32,000 nt of DNA, from positions 300,001 to 332,000 of the forward strand of contig NC_021219.1 in NCBI RefSeq assembly GCF_000392435.1. The letters are read 5' to 3'. The position numbers and the translations under genes were made by a program. This DNA is from Candidatus Saccharimonas aalborgensis (GTDB taxonomy: Bacteria > Patescibacteriota > Saccharimonadia > Saccharimonadales > Saccharimonadaceae). Positions 1-7,332 of this stretch are shown here, one piece after another. The first letter of the stretch is position 1; the number at the start of each line of letters is the position of its first letter. The notes below the pieces were generated by a model. The model made no database searches. It saw only the letters and a program-made list of their open reading frames with translations, and was not told where the DNA came from.

Positions 1-780
1 GTATGGCTTATAGGCATAATTAAAAGGTGGAACATAGCGGTCGCTTAATAATGAATCATAATCGAAGTGTGTTTCATCCGTCTTAAGTTCTCTCCCGCTA
101 TCGGGTAGCAGAGAGATACTAATCTTTGAACTGTCCACATTACTATTAGCGGTCAATTCATAGTTGAGAGTTAATCGTTGATTATTTGCAATGTATTTAT
201 TAATAGAGGTGCGTGAATCGTTTCTCCACTCACAATACCGCCTAGTGGGGTGGTCTTTTTCCCACTTTTCTTCATCATGGAACACCCATTTGCCAGTAGC
301 CTCATTGAAATAATCTTCTGGTTGATTGTTATCTTCTGGGTATTTAGAACAATCCTCACTTACGCCCAAGTCTCCGTATCTGCTGACCTTATCTTGTGGA
401 ACATTAATCTCTACAGTTTTAAACGAAGGTTCTTTTATAGATAGCGTAAAGTCTGAAAAATTAATTACATCACTAGTGCTATAAATCTTATCGTTTAGAT
501 GTTGCTGGTACTTGTTGTAGGTAAAGAATCCGCCAGATACTAGCAGGAGTAGCAGGACTGGTAATACAAGCCATTTAATGGACTTCTTGCCCTTAGACCT
601 AACTACGTTTACTGCAAAAAACGTATAAGCAGATAGTAAGATAATTGAACCCATAATCAGAGACAAGCCAATAGTGCTAGATGGGTCAATGAAGAAAGAT
701 GGTATCAGAATACCTAATACAAGAATAGTTAATCCTATAACTACTAGGTGTACGGGTTTGATGCTTAGTTTTTTACTCAT
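1..780 (-). CDS. Hypothetical membrane-anchored protein (island-encoded). 5' end complete; 3' end runs off the window.
   Basis: My translation of the minus strand from the ATG at 780 gives 260 codons with no stop down to base 1 (MSKKLSIKPVHLVVIGLTILVLGILIPSFF...). It is missing from the supplied ORF track, probably because no stop lies inside the window. AAGGAG lies 8-9 nt upstream (complement of 789-794). Two hydrophobic helices precede a soluble domain. Confidence 0.6.
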   Translation of the reverse strand, partial: MSKKLSIKPVHLVVIGLTILVLGILIPSFFIDPSSTIGLSLIMGSIILLSAYTFFAVNVVRSKGKKSIKWLVLPVLLLLLVSGGFFTYNKYQQHLNDKIYSTSDVINFSDFTLSIKEPSFKTVEINVPQDKVSRYGDLGVSEDCSKYPEDNNQPEDYFNEATGKWVFHDEEKWEKDHPTRRYCEWRNDSRTSINKYIANNQRLTLNYELTANSNVDSSKISISLLPDSGRELKTDETHFDYDSLLSDRYVPPFNYAYKPY

Positions 781-804
781 TTGTTTTGACTCCTTAAATA
801 AAAA

Positions 805-932
805 GCGACAACTCGCTAGGTTGTCTAGGCCAAACACAAAGAGCTGAGCTCCTGAGTCTTTCACGAGTTGCCGCATTTATAGCTCAACTACGTGTGAGAA
901 CTCACACCATTCTTTGTGTATAACCTAGACAA
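805..932. repeat. Two interleaved (crossing) inverted-repeat pairs plus an internal hairpin
   Basis: Pair A: 805-815 gcgacaactcg with 864-874 cgagttgccgc (10/11). Pair B: 821-842 ttgtctaggccaaacacaaaga with 911-932 tctttgtgtataacctagacaa (19/22). Hairpin: 892-907 gtgtgag-aa-ctcacac. Located upstream of the minus-strand gene that starts at 780. Confidence 0.6.
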
Positions 933-1152
933 TTACAATTGTACAACATACCCCTCAAAACGCAAAACAGGCGTTCTAAAATAAAAGATGACTATCTACC
1001 CATTTCAACAATAAAAACGTCTAATTCGATTCAGGCTCAGGGGTGTTTCTTGCAATGTTGGGTATTCTAGCAGGGTCTATTTACTAGCATGAAAACATTG
1101 ACAATTCAATACTATTGTTGTCTATACTACAACATATTTTAGCATAAGCCTA

Positions 1153-1181
1153 TTGACTTTTAGCCTCAAGTTTGATATAAT
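1153..1181 (+). promoter_or_regulatory. Near-consensus sigma70-type promoter
   Basis: TTGACT (1153-1158), a 17-nt spacer containing TG at 1173-1174, then TATAAT (1176-1181). Confidence 0.5.
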
Positions 1182-1187
1182 ACCAGC

Positions 1188-1285
1188 ATAGTAAACGAAG
1201 CAATTTCGTAGACCACTCGGTCAAGTTCTATACTCACAATTAGCCCATCTAGGTGAATCACCTCGAATCGGGCATTTTTTATTTT
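1188..1285 (+). ncRNA. Candidate small non-coding RNA of about 95-100 nt, bounded by a promoter and an intrinsic terminator
   Basis: The predicted TSS is about 7 nt after the -10 box. Hairpin at 1195-1209 (acgaa/ttcgt). Terminator-like hairpin at 1243-1273 (gccc..aggtg aat cacct..gggc) followed by a T-run at 1275-1285. No ATG within the interval. Confidence 0.35.
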
Positions 1286-1809
1286 CAGCGAGTTTGCGTC
1301 TCGTTTGTGGGATTTGCTATATCAAAATATCTAATAACAACCATAAAGCATGCCTCAATATGCAGGTGTCAATTTGGTGTGGTCGAAAGGAATAAGAATG
1401 ACCAACCAACAACCAGAAGATGAGCGTATAACACTCACAGAGATGTTAGAGATTATCTTCACAACCATACGGGAATACGAAGGCGAAACTGGTATTTTCC
1501 GAAACCATAATAAGAAGCAGTAGCTCGCATGAATGGTGATATAGTGAGCCGTTATTTTGACGGTAATGTGCAGGATTTGAAGAAGTCCAAGCCTAGCCAA
1601 GAAGCACTGGAACAAGCTAGGTTTTTTCTCTCACTTTTTAAGCATCAAAAGTTGATTTTACAGGGGTGAAAGAGTACAATTAGAAGTGCTACAATATAAT
1701 GACATTAGTTGAAGATACAGACGGCGGTTTCTGGTTTCCTGTCATTAGGATGTAGCACTAGGAGCCGCCGTTTGTGTATCTAAAACTAATTACAAGGAGT
1801 ATTAAAATA

Positions 1810-3411
1810 ATGAAAAACGACAATCAAAAAGTAAAGGCTATAGCACTCTGTCGAGTGTCTACGGTCAAGCAAGGTATTGAGGGGTCAAGCCTTGAAGCAC
1901 AAGAAACACGAGTTTATGACGCAGCAGCGTATTTTAACGCTGAGATAGTGAAGTTATGGAGCATTAAACAGTCTAGTCGCAAGGGTAAAAACTACCAACG
2001 CAAAGACCTTGTAGAGATGCTAGCCTACGCCAGAGCCGACAAGAAAGTACAGTACATTATCGTGGACGAACCAGACCGCTTTATGCGTGATATTGAGATG
2101 TATTATCACTGGAAGGTAGAGTTTAGGGAAAAGGCTGGAGCAAAGCTGGTATACGCTAAGAAGCCTCATCTTGCTGACGATACGAGTTTAGTCGGTACGA
2201 TGGAAGAAATGATTGATGTGTTTCGTGGTGAAGCAGCCAACCTAGAGCGTATTACTAAAACTACTAGCAACATGCAAGCTAGAGTTGCAGCTGGTTATTA
2301 CCCTAGCAACCCCAAGACTGGCTACATGCGTTCAGAAACACCAGGTCTACATGTACCCAAAGAACCAGAATGGTCAATTTTACGTTCTGGATTCTTACAG
2401 GTACTTGAGGGCATACCGATTAAAGATGTAGTGGCTGGTATTAACGCAGCTGGATACAGGCAAAAGACAGGTAAGTTTTTAGATACGCATCGTTTTAAGA
2501 TTATGCTCAATGACCCGTTCTATGCTGGCATAATTCAAATGTCTAGCTGGACGGTGAATCCTAACGGCTTACATAAGGCTATGATTACACCAGAACAGCA
2601 CGAGCAGCTAAAGAACATCGTTAAGGGTGTAGTTTATACGCCTCACAAGCAATACAATCCAGAGTTCCCCTTGTCTAAGATAATGACCTGCAAAGAATGT
2701 CTAGAAGAAGGTGCTAAGAACCCTAAAATAGTGGGCTATGTGAATAATAACGGCAGAGGCAACTATTACCAGCGATACAGGTGTAGGACTTGCAAGAAGA
2801 ACTACATACTACGCGATGACTTGCATGACGAGTTGGGCGATATACTAGCAGGCTTACGACTTGCAGAAGATAAGGTCAAAGACTTTTTAGCGGGTTTACG
2901 GCATGTCTGGGAGCAGGAGCAAGCTACATCATTCAACACAACTGAAGGTCTAAAAACTCGCCTATCCTCGTTAGAGAATGACAAGAAAACTGTAGTGTTA
3001 AAGCAAGCCCGTGGACAACTAGCAGATGACAGAGCTGATATAGCCATAGAAGCATTAGATGAAGATATTGCCACCATAAAACAGCAGATAGAATCTATAG
3101 CAACTGTTGAACAGGATTTTGTAGAGTTCGTAGAGTTTGCCCTTAATACAGTAGAGGGTTTTAGAGATAAGTTTTGGCAATTAGACCAAGAACATCAGGT
3201 CTGGTGTAAACAATTACTATTTCCTGATGGTTTTTCTGTTTCACGAACCAAAAAAGTTTACACTCCGAGCATTAGTGACTTCTACCTCTGTATAAATACA
3301 GAAAAGAGCCACGAAAATGACTCTTTTACTGCTGATTCTTCAATATGGTACACCCGGAAGGATTCGAACCTACGACCCTCTGTTCCGAAGACAGATGCTC
3401 TAATCCACTGA
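1810..3411 (+). CDS. Large serine recombinase (integrase)
   Basis: N-terminal resolvase-type catalytic motif AIALCRVSTVKQ. Central recombinase domain. Zinc-ribbon CKEC...CRTC. C-terminal coiled-coil-like region. ATG at 1810 with AAGGAG at 1794-1799; the ORF-track start at 1774 is a GTG extension. The ORF only terminates at 3409-3411, inside the antisense of the tRNA. Confidence 0.9.
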   Translation: MKNDNQKVKAIALCRVSTVKQGIEGSSLEAQETRVYDAAAYFNAEIVKLWSIKQSSRKGKNYQRKDLVEMLAYARADKKVQYIIVDEPDRFMRDIEMYYHWKVEFREKAGAKLVYAKKPHLADDTSLVGTMEEMIDVFRGEAANLERITKTTSNMQARVAAGYYPSNPKTGYMRSETPGLHVPKEPEWSILRSGFLQVLEGIPIKDVVAGINAAGYRQKTGKFLDTHRFKIMLNDPFYAGIIQMSSWTVNPNGLHKAMITPEQHEQLKNIVKGVVYTPHKQYNPEFPLSKIMTCKECLEEGAKNPKIVGYVNNNGRGNYYQRYRCRTCKKNYILRDDLHDELGDILAGLRLAEDKVKDFLAGLRHVWEQEQATSFNTTEGLKTRLSSLENDKKTVVLKQARGQLADDRADIAIEALDEDIATIKQQIESIATVEQDFVEFVEFALNTVEGFRDKFWQLDQEHQVWCKQLLFPDGFSVSRTKKVYTPSISDFYLCINTEKSHENDSFTADSSIWYTRKDSNLRPSVPKTDALIH

Positions 3412-3422
3412 GCTACGGGTGC
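3346..3422 (-). tRNA. tRNA-Arg (anticodon TCG)
   Basis: Cloverleaf folded by hand: acceptor GCACCCG/CGGGTGT (G1-U72 wobble), D arm GCTC..GAGC, anticodon arm TCTGT-CTTCGGA-ACAGA, T arm GTAGG-TTCGAAT-CCTTC (one U-U mismatch), encoded CCA. Confidence 0.9.
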
Positions 3423-3455
3423 ATACACTTGCTTTATTCTACCACAATTCTCTAG

Positions 3456-3464
3456 TGATATAAT
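3456..3464 (+). promoter_or_regulatory. Extended -10 box (TGaTATAAT), 8 nt upstream of the murB ATG
   Basis: Sequence tgatataat at 3456-3464. No Shine-Dalgarno between it and the ATG at 3473. Confidence 0.45.
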
Positions 3465-3472
3465 CAGACTGT

Positions 3473-4492
3473 ATGGAAATCCACACCAACATTCCGCTCA
3501 AAAATTTTGTCACCATGAGACTGGGCGGCAATGCACGTTTTATGACCGACGTGCGGTCAATTGACGAGATTATTGCCATTATCGATAGGGCAGCCGCCCA
3601 AAATTTGCCATTTTACATTCTCGGTGGCGGGAGCAATACAATTGTGCATGATGAGGGCTTCGATGGCATCGTCATTCGAAACCGTATCATGGGTCAAGAA
3701 ATACTCTCGGAGACACCATCTGAGGTCTCTATCAGGGTCGGTGCGGGCGAACAATGGGACGAGTTTGTCAAAAAAACCGTCGACATGCGCCTGACTGGTA
3801 TTGAAGCTTTGTCGGGTATTCCCGGGACGGTTGGCGCCGCACCGGTGCAAAATATTGGGGCCTACGGCCAAGAGGTCGCCGAGACGATCGTGTCGCTTGA
3901 TGCCTACGATACGCAATCAAAAACACTCGTCTCGCTCTCAAACGATGATTGCCGTTTTTCGTACCGCAACAGCATCTTTCGCGATACCGAAATGGTTCGC
4001 TACATCATCACATTTGTCACTTTCCGTCTCTATAAGAGCGCTCCGCAACCTCCCTTTTATGAGGCTGTTCAACGCTACCTTGATGAACACACCATCACTA
4101 TCTATACTCCCCAGGTCATTAGAGACGCCGTGCTCGCCATTCGAACGGATAAATTACCTGATCCGAAGCTAAAACCAAATAACGGTTCATTTTTCAAAAA
4201 TGCTATCATCGAAGACTGGCAGCTCACCGACTTGCGTGAAACGTACCCCGATATCCCTACCTATAATATGCCCGACGGTCGTTACAAGGTGCCGACGGGG
4301 TGGCTTATCGAACAGGCCGGCTTTAAAGGAAAATTACTCCACGGTATTCGCGTCCACGACAAAAACGCACTTGTTCTCATCAACGAATCCGCGACGAGTT
4401 TTGCGGACCTCGCCAGCGCACGCGACGAAATTGCCGGAAAAATTCGTGATACCTTTCGTATTCTTATCGAGCAAGAACCTCTCGAAATCTAG
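3473..4492 (+). CDS. murB: UDP-N-acetylenolpyruvoylglucosamine reductase
   Basis: 339 aa. N-terminal FAD-binding pattern LKNFVTMRLGGNARF...ILGGGSNTIV and the MurB C-terminal domain are recognisable. Confidence 0.95.
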   Translation: MEIHTNIPLKNFVTMRLGGNARFMTDVRSIDEIIAIIDRAAAQNLPFYILGGGSNTIVHDEGFDGIVIRNRIMGQEILSETPSEVSIRVGAGEQWDEFVKKTVDMRLTGIEALSGIPGTVGAAPVQNIGAYGQEVAETIVSLDAYDTQSKTLVSLSNDDCRFSYRNSIFRDTEMVRYIITFVTFRLYKSAPQPPFYEAVQRYLDEHTITIYTPQVIRDAVLAIRTDKLPDPKLKPNNGSFFKNAIIEDWQLTDLRETYPDIPTYNMPDGRYKVPTGWLIEQAGFKGKLLHGIRVHDKNALVLINESATSFADLASARDEIAGKIRDTFRILIEQEPLEI

Positions 4493-4533
4493 CCATGCTT
4501 GCGTTCACCGCTCAAACCACTTATGCTAGTCAT

Positions 4534-5082
4534 ATGGCAGAGCGCCGTGGCTTTACTATTGTGGAATTGGTGATCGTGATGGTTATCATGGCGATCTTAT
4601 TGACCTTAACTATCAGCGGTGTTACAAGCGGTCAAGTCTCTGCACGTGATTCTGAGCGCAAGGCCGACGCCGAAAATATCGCCCGGGGCCTTGAGCGATA
4701 TTACAACGAAGTTGCTAAACCCTCTGTTGGGCGTACGGGTCGATATCCTGATCGCGCGACAGCGGTCACCGATATTGTGGCAAATAATGCACTTCCTGAT
4801 GTACCGAGTACCTCATTCGTTTTCTCTTTTAACCCCTCTGTCACTACCTTTCAAGTAGATCCAGACGCAACCGGTACAACGCCCGCAGAGGACACAGCCG
4901 ATCTCAGTCGAATCGACACCATGACGACGATTAATTACATTACCTACGTCCCCATTACCTGGTCAACGGCAAACAGTCGCTGGGAAATCTGCGGTTCAGA
5001 CGAAGAATGTACACGTTTCAATCTCTACTATAGAACCGAAAAAGATGGCGTGCTTCAAAAGATCGTGAGTAAACATCAATGA
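4534..5082 (+). CDS. Prepilin-type N-terminal cleavage/methylation domain protein (minor pilin or pseudopilin-like)
   Basis: MAERRG|FTIVELVIVMVIMAILL class-III signal. The start at 4534 is preferred over 4495 because of the short basic leader and a TATGCT box 6 nt upstream. Confidence 0.8.
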   Translation: MAERRGFTIVELVIVMVIMAILLTLTISGVTSGQVSARDSERKADAENIARGLERYYNEVAKPSVGRTGRYPDRATAVTDIVANNALPDVPSTSFVFSFNPSVTTFQVDPDATGTTPAEDTADLSRIDTMTTINYITYVPITWSTANSRWEICGSDEECTRFNLYYRTEKDGVLQKIVSKHQ

Positions 5083-5459
5083 CAAAAAAAAATACTGGGG
5101 GCTTTACTGCCATTGAGGCACTTATCACGCTCATGGTTGCTTCTGTATTTCTATTTGCGTTTTATCAACTATACTCAGTCGTTATCAACGATGCGGGAGC
5201 TTCTCGCAACCGAGCAAAGGCGAGCAATGCGGCCTATGAGCAGGTACGAAAAGCTGGTTATCAGACCTCTCGACCTTGTGTCGCCGTGGCATCATCAAAT
5301 GTTAGCATCCCCTCCGACCTTTCACTCCCCGCACCAGCGACAATGACCTCGGCAATTGACTGTCCTTACGGAGCGAGTGGTGTATCGCGTATCACCGTCA
5401 CAGTAACTTATGGAAGCCCCCAGGAGACAATTAAACATGTCGTATTCAAAAACAGCTAG
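5079..5459 (+). CDS. Prepilin-type N-terminal cleavage/methylation domain protein (minor pilin-like)
   Basis: MTKKNTGG|FTAIEALITLMV. ATGA start/stop overlap with the upstream gene. Confidence 0.8.
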   Translation: MTKKNTGGFTAIEALITLMVASVFLFAFYQLYSVVINDAGASRNRAKASNAAYEQVRKAGYQTSRPCVAVASSNVSIPSDLSLPAPATMTSAIDCPYGASGVSRITVTVTYGSPQETIKHVVFKNS

Positions 5460-6204
5460 CCAGCCTGGCTTCACGCTCGTTGAAATGCTCGTTGTTGCTC
5501 CGATTGTTATTTTGGTAGTAGGGGGAATTGTCGCACTCCTTATAGCTTTGGTTGGTGATGTATTGATAGCCCGTGAGCGAAACAGTATGGCTTACAATAC
5601 CCAAGACGCACTCAACCTCATTGAGCAAGATGTTAGATTATCTTCAAATATTCAAGCAACCACCGGCACACTCCCTAGTCCACAAGGCTCCGATAGCAAC
5701 GTAAGTGGCACGGCAGCGTTTCAGAGCAATTCCGCGCTGATACTTACCCTCTATGCAACAAATCTCAGCCCCACAGATCCAAATCGCCTTATTATAACCC
5801 TCAATACACCCTCGGCTTGCGGATCACCCAATGCAACTGCCAATACGCCCTTTACTTACACGGTAGTGTATTTTGTGTACAACAACTCTCTCTGGCGTCG
5901 TGTTATTGTGCCAGATTACAATACGAATAGTAGCAATACCATCTGCAACTCACCACCGTGGCAAAAAAACTCATGTCAGCCAGGCTATTCAGCCGCTCGA
6001 TGTAGCGTAGCCGATTCTAAGATTACTGAAAATGTCAGCTCGATCACATTAAGCTACTACAACGGATCAAGCACTACCGCTAATAGCACCGCTACCTCTG
6101 GTACTACTACAGCAACTCGCGTTACAATCAACTCATCCAAGACAGTGGCGGGACAATCAATTAGTCATAGCGTTGTTATGCGGGCGCTACGTATTAATAA
6201 TTAA
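5437..6204 (+). CDS. Prepilin-type N-terminal cleavage/methylation domain protein (minor pilin-like, larger)
   Basis: MSYSKTASQPG|FTLVEMLVVAPIV. The in-frame ATG at 5437 gives a typical short leader; the ORF-track start is 5410. Confidence 0.75.
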   Translation: MSYSKTASQPGFTLVEMLVVAPIVILVVGGIVALLIALVGDVLIARERNSMAYNTQDALNLIEQDVRLSSNIQATTGTLPSPQGSDSNVSGTAAFQSNSALILTLYATNLSPTDPNRLIITLNTPSACGSPNATANTPFTYTVVYFVYNNSLWRRVIVPDYNTNSSNTICNSPPWQKNSCQPGYSAARCSVADSKITENVSSITLSYYNGSSTTANSTATSGTTTATRVTINSSKTVAGQSISHSVVMRALRINN

Positions 6205-6282
6205 TGCTTGTGTTTATTTTTTTCTTGTAGTATCATACGTGGTATACAAGATAATTTATTACAAATTAGGGGGCAACTACCA

Positions 6283-6747
6283 ATGACTCAAAACATCAAC
6301 ACTAAGAATCGTGGTTTCACCATCGTCGAGCTTTTGATCGTGATCGTGATTATTGCTATTTTAGCGGCTATTACGATTGTTGCTTACAACGGTATTCAGA
6401 CTCGAGCAAAAGCTAGCGCCGTACAGGCAACTGTAAATACTGTCATCAAAAAGGCTGAATCAGCAAACGCTGTAGCAAATTCCTACCCACAAAATGCTGC
6501 GGGCTTCACAGCACAAAAAGACTCAGACATGACTGGATCTGGAGTAACTTTTGTGACTGCTGCTCCAACTTCCACTACAAATAGCCCAACATCTGTTGTT
6601 TATACACCGTGTACGGGTACTGCTGGTACTGGTGCCGTAATCACTTACTGGGACTATAACGCAAATGCAACTGCTACTAAATCAATAGGCCAGCCGACTG
6701 CAGCGGGTACTTGTGCAGCCGGTACTGCCTTTGCTCAGGTCTGGTAA
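6283..6747 (+). CDS. Type IV pilin (candidate major pilin A)
   Basis: MTQNINTKNRG|FTIVELLIVIVIIAILAAITIVAY. SD-like aggggg at 6268-6273. C-terminal Cys pair flanking a YWDY motif. Followed by a strong terminator. Confidence 0.85.
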   Translation: MTQNINTKNRGFTIVELLIVIVIIAILAAITIVAYNGIQTRAKASAVQATVNTVIKKAESANAVANSYPQNAAGFTAQKDSDMTGSGVTFVTAAPTSTTNSPTSVVYTPCTGTAGTGAVITYWDYNANATATKSIGQPTAAGTCAAGTAFAQVW

Positions 6748-6763
6748 AGACAATGTACATTTT

Positions 6764-6801
6764 GGAAGGACTCATCATTGAGTCCTTCCAACTCCTTTTT
6801 T
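6764..6801 (+). terminator. Rho-independent terminator after pilin A
   Basis: 11-bp perfect stem ggaaggactca/tgagtccttcc (6764-6789) with loop tcat, then ..cctttttt. Confidence 0.8.
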
Positions 6802-6852
6802 AAAAGACAATGATTCAAGACTAGTACGAAAGGTTGCGGTTAATATATGATC

Positions 6853-7332
6853 ATGAAAAAAAGCTCGGGGTTCACTATCGTCGAGCTTCTTATAGTAATA
6901 GTCGTGATTGCTATACTAGCTACAATTACTATAGTTGTCTATGGTAGCGTACAGAACCGAGCAAGATCATCTGCTGGACAATCCCAAGTAAACCATCTTG
7001 CAAAAAAGGTAGAATCATTTAACACCGTTAATAATACCTACCCGACCTACTGTCAACTTATCACGAATAGCTTATCGCCTACAGGAGCAGGCTCGGGAGT
7101 TGGCGTAGGTACCTGTGCTGCTGGTGGGTCCTCGGCTGGCCTTGAGTCAAAGATTGACACTCCTAATAGTATGAGTTCGACAGACGTCACCTCAACTACC
7201 GCAGCAAACGGTAGTGTTGTTACCTACAAGCGCTGTACAACCAATGGCGCAAAGGTTCGTTACTGGGACTATGCAGCTACTACGCCAGCACTTGTAGACA
7301 AGAATCTCGGTAATGTTACTACTTGTCCGTAG
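6853..7332 (+). CDS. Type IV pilin (paralogue B)
   Basis: MKKSSG|FTIVELLIVIVVIAILATITIVVY. C-terminal RYWDY motif and Cys pair. TAATAT box at 6841-6846 lies 6 nt upstream of the ATG at 6853; the ORF-track start is 6847. Confidence 0.85.
   Translation: MKKSSGFTIVELLIVIVVIAILATITIVVYGSVQNRARSSAGQSQVNHLAKKVESFNTVNNTYPTYCQLITNSLSPTGAGSGVGVGTCAAGGSSAGLESKIDTPNSMSSTDVTSTTAANGSVVTYKRCTTNGAKVRYWDYAATTPALVDKNLGNVTTCP

Larger units (their letters stand above)
1..3345. mobile_element. Right-hand end of an integrated mobile element or prophage-like island (partial; continues off the left edge)
   Basis: Visibly AT-richer than the sequence after about 3470. A large serine recombinase is the terminal gene and directly abuts a tRNA gene. 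Contains orphan ORFs and a long structured non-coding stretch. The exact boundary lies somewhere in 3340-3470 and is not resolvable from this window. Confidence 0.55.

Noticed and set aside
1355-1615. 86-aa minus-strand ORF in the island non-coding region
   Set aside because: It has no RBS or promoter that I could see and a Leu/Ile/Ser-rich off-frame-like composition. It overlaps two plus-strand mini-ORFs that are co-oriented with the recombinase. Its status remains uncertain, so it is not reported as a feature.
3557-4529. ORFs inside or antisense to murB (3557..3916-, 3561..3794+, 3801..4172+, 4200..4529+)
   Set aside because: They are fully embedded in a confidently recognised conserved gene. 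Arg/Ser/Pro-rich low-complexity translations are typical of off-frame readings.
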